A stretch of 64,000 bases of DNA from Candidatus Krumholzibacteriia bacterium (GTDB lineage Bacteria; Krumholzibacteriota; Krumholzibacteriia; JAJRXK01): contig JBGPIA010000006.1 of assembly GCA_041484665.1 (NCBI GenBank), positions 128,001 to 192,000 of the forward strand, given 5' to 3'. This document shows, piece after piece, positions 60,591 to 64,000 of the stretch. Below the pieces are notes generated by a model. That model searched no databases. It worked only from the letters and a program-made list of their open reading frames with translations, and was not told where the DNA came from. Every line of letters starts with the position of its first letter. The stretch's first letter is position 1. The position numbers were made by a program, and so were the translations under genes.

Positions 60591-61898
60591 ATGAGGAAGC
60601 CTCGAGCATTTGCCGCGATTCCCCTCCTCCGTGCGGGCGGATTGGGCGTGCTGCTTCTGCACGCCGGGTGCGCGCGCGACCCGGGCGCGAACGACGGAAA
60701 CTCTCCAGTCGGACCCGCACTCGCAGGGGCACCGTCGGGCGCTCACTCGCAGAGTGCGCTCGCGGTGGTCGGCCAATGGTGCACGTGGCTGAACGCAGGG
60801 GTTGATCCCAACGACCTGGCCGTGGAGTACGGGCTGCAGGTCACCAAGGTCTTCCCGGACGCGGACATGGCGGTCCTGGTCGGCACGGTGGATCGGGCGG
60901 TGCTGGCGGCCGACCCGCGCGTGAAGTTGCTGCAGGCCAATGAGCTGACGTTCCTGAGCCAGCCTGTGGACCTCACGATGGGCTTCAACCAGGGAGACCT
61001 CGACGAGGCGACCACAGCGACCCAGCCCGCGCTCGCCTCCCTGGATCTGTCCACGACGCACCGGTGGGTCACCGGCCGCGGCGTGCGCGTCGCGGTGCTC
61101 GACACTGGCGTCGACCCGACGCATCCCCACCTGGCGAGTCGCGTCGAGATGCCCCCAGCCGGCTCGCCCCTCTGCGGGTTGGAGACCGCCAACGGCGTCG
61201 ACGACGACTTAGACGGGCGCGTCGACGAGGCCTACGGCCACGGCACCCACGTGGCCGGCATCATCGCCACCGTGGCTCCCAACGCGACCATCCTGCCGAT
61301 CAAGGTCCTCAACGACGACGGAGTCGGCGACGTGTTCGACCTCGCCGAGGGACTCTACCTGGCCTACGAGCGCGGCGCGAACGTCGTGAACCTCAGCCTG
61401 GTGCTCACCGGCGAGTCCGTGGGGATCGAGTACGCGATCCGATTGCTGAAGTACTGGGGCATCGTGGTTGTGGGCGCGGCGGGCAACGTGCCCGGTGCGC
61501 CGTTCTTCCCTGCTTCGGATCCCGATGTCATGTCGGTCGCAGCCACCGGCCCAGGGGATGTGCTGGCCCCCTTCTCCGCATCGGGCGCCGTGCGGGTGGC
61601 CGCTCCCGGAGTGGCCGTCGAGAGCTCGTTCCCCGGCAACCGCAAGGCTGTGGGAACCGGGACGTCCATGGCGTGCGCCGTGGTCTCCGGCTGCGTCGCC
61701 CTGCTCGCGGAACACGCGAACGTGGACGGCCAGCCACGACCGGTGGCGGGCGCGGTTCTGTTGAGACGATTCGCCGTGCCGATGTTGCCGTTGGGCACCG
61801 TCGACGACGGCCGCGTCGCTCCGCTGCAGGCCCTTGGATTCATGGGCTGGCCACTGCCGCGGGGAGGCATCGCCGTGCCCACCGGCGACGGCGGCTGA
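60591..61898 (+). CDS. S8 subtilisin-like serine protease, putative lipoprotein
   Basis: Triad VLDTG / HGTHVAG / GTSMA; AAGN oxyanion motif; LHAGC lipobox-like. Confidence 0.93.
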   Translation: MRKPRAFAAIPLLRAGGLGVLLLHAGCARDPGANDGNSPVGPALAGAPSGAHSQSALAVVGQWCTWLNAGVDPNDLAVEYGLQVTKVFPDADMAVLVGTVDRAVLAADPRVKLLQANELTFLSQPVDLTMGFNQGDLDEATTATQPALASLDLSTTHRWVTGRGVRVAVLDTGVDPTHPHLASRVEMPPAGSPLCGLETANGVDDDLDGRVDEAYGHGTHVAGIIATVAPNATILPIKVLNDDGVGDVFDLAEGLYLAYERGANVVNLSLVLTGESVGIEYAIRLLKYWGIVVVGAAGNVPGAPFFPASDPDVMSVAATGPGDVLAPFSASGAVRVAAPGVAVESSFPGNRKAVGTGTSMACAVVSGCVALLAEHANVDGQPRPVAGAVLLRRFAVPMLPLGTVDDGRVAPLQALGFMGWPLPRGGIAVPTGDGG

Positions 61899-61917
61899 GG
61901 CGTCTGCCGCCCCGGCG

Positions 61918-63168
61918 TCAGGCCGACTCCGGCTCCGCGAGCCAGTAGACGCGGTGCAGCACCAGCCGCGCCGACAACGCGGCAAGCGTAGGGCTGAGTT
62001 GTGTTACGTCAACGAGCTCCCCCGCGTGGGATCGCACACGCAGGCCCTTGCGGCCCTCCAGCGGGGAATACGGCCGGTAAGGCACGTCCTCCGCCTCGTC
62101 CCGCCATACCGCGAACGCCGGGTCCAGACCCCGCGCGGCGGCCTCGCGCTGGCGCTGTGCCAGCAGTTGCGCCACCTCGGCGACGTCGCCCGTGCTCGTG
62201 GAGCAGCACAAGGGTCGCCGCCACACCAGCGCACGCGCCAGCGTCCGCACGGTCGCATCCGCATGGCCCACCAACCCCCGCAGCTCGGCCAGGTAGGCAA
62301 TGTCGGTGAGCTGGAGGAACTCCGCGAGCGGCAGGTCCGCCGCGAACAGCCGGGCGTCGGCAGCGCCGGTCCCACCACCCAGGCGGGGGCCCTGCAGCGC
62401 TCGCATCCGCAGGCAGAGCTGCCGGAAGGCGGTCTCGAACCCGCGTGACGTCTTGTGCAGGTAGACGTTCTGGAACATGTGGTAGCGGCCGATCAGGTAT
62501 TGCTCGGCGGCGCTGCGCCCCTTCTCCACGAGGACGATCGCCGTGCGGTCCTCGGTCGGAACGATCTCGCGGATGATCCAGTCGCGGTCGAAGGCCCCGT
62601 AGCTCGCGCCAGTGAACAGGGCGTCGCGCCGCAGGTAGTCCATGCGGTCGCAGTCCAGGGCGCTGCTGACCAGGTCGGCCAGGAACGCCACTTCGCGATC
62701 CTCGACGTTGCCGCGCAACAGCTGAAGCACGCGGGCCTGGGTGCCGACTCCGATGGCCTCCAGCGCTTGGGGGACGCGCGGGCCGCTCTCGACGATCTGC
62801 AGGGTGCGGGCCTCGTGACTCGTGCCACTCACGGCCTCGTAGGCGTGGCTGAACGGCCCGTGGCCCACGTCGTGGAGCAGGCAGGCCAGCGTGGTCGCCA
62901 CGAACCACTCGTCGGGAATGCGCGCGCCGGCGGCTTGCAGCTGGAGAATCGTCCGCTGCGCTCCTTGGTAGGCGCCCAGGGAGTGGCCGAAGCGCGAATG
63001 GGTCGCCCCGGGGTAGACCATCTCGGTGAATCCGAGCTGGCGGACGTGGCGCAGCCGCTGGAGTTCTGGACTGTCGATGAGCGCGCGGACCTTGTCAGCC
63101 GGCACGCCGGGAAGGCGGTCCAGCTCGATCACGCCCTCCACGGGGCACTTGATCTTGGTGGTGGGCAT
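61918..63168 (-). CDS. HD-domain phosphohydrolase (YdhJ/SAMHD1-like dNTPase family)
   Basis: QRLRHVRQLG, YPGATHSRFGHSLG, LLHDVGHGPFSH, LDCDRMDYL, VYLHK. Confidence 0.95.
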   Translation of the reverse strand: MPTTKIKCPVEGVIELDRLPGVPADKVRALIDSPELQRLRHVRQLGFTEMVYPGATHSRFGHSLGAYQGAQRTILQLQAAGARIPDEWFVATTLACLLHDVGHGPFSHAYEAVSGTSHEARTLQIVESGPRVPQALEAIGVGTQARVLQLLRGNVEDREVAFLADLVSSALDCDRMDYLRRDALFTGASYGAFDRDWIIREIVPTEDRTAIVLVEKGRSAAEQYLIGRYHMFQNVYLHKTSRGFETAFRQLCLRMRALQGPRLGGGTGAADARLFAADLPLAEFLQLTDIAYLAELRGLVGHADATVRTLARALVWRRPLCCSTSTGDVAEVAQLLAQRQREAAARGLDPAFAVWRDEAEDVPYRPYSPLEGRKGLRVRSHAGELVDVTQLSPTLAALSARLVLHRVYWLAEPESA

Positions 63169-63282
63169 GAGGGCTCCTGTGGAGGGAGGCCGATCCGGCG
63201 CGGAGGGCGGCCCCCGAGGCTACCGCGTGTGAGCGGCAACGCGCTACTGTCCTTGCGGTCCGGCAGTCCAAGAGGTCCTGAT

Positions 63283-64000
63283 GTGAAGCTCTGCGCCTGC
63301 GCCACAGGTGGACCACGCCCGCTGCACTTCGATTCCGTACGGCGAGTTGCCGGCGCGCAACGCGGTGGCGTGCTCGATGCACGCCCCGCGGTCCTCGCCC
63401 AACGCGGGCACCTGCCCGGCTCGGCCTGGCTGCCCGTGGCCGATCCCTCCGACCCCGGGCGCGATCTGCCCTCCACCCTGCTCCCCCCGCGCGGCGAACC
63501 CATCGCCGTGATCGCCGCCGACCCCGATACCGCCCGCGCGATCGCGGCCCACCTCTGCGCGCGGGGCTACGAGGCCGGCTATCTGGACGGACCGTTGCCC
63601 GCCACGGCGCTGAAGCCAGGGCTGTCCGGTGGGGCGCTCTGGCGGGCGGATGCCTGGCTGCGCCGGAGCGCCGATCTGCTCCCACCCCCGGGGGCCGGGC
63701 CGATCGCCGACCTGGGAGGCGGGAGCGGACGCAACTCGGTTTGGCTCGCCCGGCGGGGCTACCGGGCGTTAGTGGTGGACCGCCTGCCCGACGCCCTCGA
63801 CCTGGCGCGGGACCGGGCGAGCCGCCATCGCGTCACGATCGAGACCTTTCGCGCTGACCTGCGCCGGCCCGGGGCGTTGCGCGGCCGCGGCCCATTCGCA
63901 GCCGCACTGTTGATCCGATTTCTGTTGCCACAGGTGCTCGATGAGCTGCCGGAGCTGCTTCTGCCGGACGGCATCGTCATACTGCGTTGTTTCCATGTTC
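63283..64000 (+). CDS. Rhodanese-like + class I SAM methyltransferase (TehB-like) fusion, 3'-partial
   Basis: Not in the ORF track because there is no stop in the window. GTG at 63283 after AGAGG; VLDARP...GHLPGSAWLP, then IADLGGGSGRNSVWLARRGY. Confidence 0.8.
   Translation, partial: MKLCACATGGPRPLHFDSVRRVAGAQRGGVLDARPAVLAQRGHLPGSAWLPVADPSDPGRDLPSTLLPPRGEPIAVIAADPDTARAIAAHLCARGYEAGYLDGPLPATALKPGLSGGALWRADAWLRRSADLLPPPGAGPIADLGGGSGRNSVWLARRGYRALVVDRLPDALDLARDRASRHRVTIETFRADLRRPGALRGRGPFAAALLIRFLLPQVLDELPELLLPDGIVILRCFHV

Overview
High-GC bacterial chromosomal window. The many secreted proteins ending in a PNPFNP...WDGRD (FlgD-Ig / T9SS-CTD-like) domain, plus proteins with an SWGxxKxL(Y/F) tail, suggest an FCB-related candidate lineage such as Eisenbacteria, Krumholzibacteriota or Latescibacterota (inference). 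1-25 kb is mostly exported/surface proteins: a lipase-like hydrolase, an HEXXH metalloprotease, a novel repeat protein, tricorn protease, a di-heme protein and a cholesterol-dependent-cytolysin-like lipoprotein. The stand-out is a co-oriented 7-gene cluster at 26.7-36.4 kb, flanked by pseudogene and IS debris: EamA exporter, TorF-like porin, a class I lysyl-tRNA synthetase paralog that has lost both ATP-binding motifs (HIGH, KMSKS) but keeps the lysine pocket and C-terminal anticodon-domain motif, an orphan amino-acid-binding lipoprotein, a divergent aldehyde dehydrogenase and two histidine kinases. It looks like an undescribed make/export/sense small-molecule system (hypothesis). The right part holds an ECF sigma/Ser-Thr kinase pair, a TPR-CHAT protein, IS5 remnants flanking an FG-GAP gene, an ABC exporter-dioxygenase-DDAH run, an ECF sigma/anti-sigma/TPR-CHAT/subtilase module, an HD phosphohydrolase and a partial rhodanese-methyltransferase fusion. 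I recognised no rRNA, tRNA or CRISPR array. All family calls come from motif recognition by eye, not database searches.
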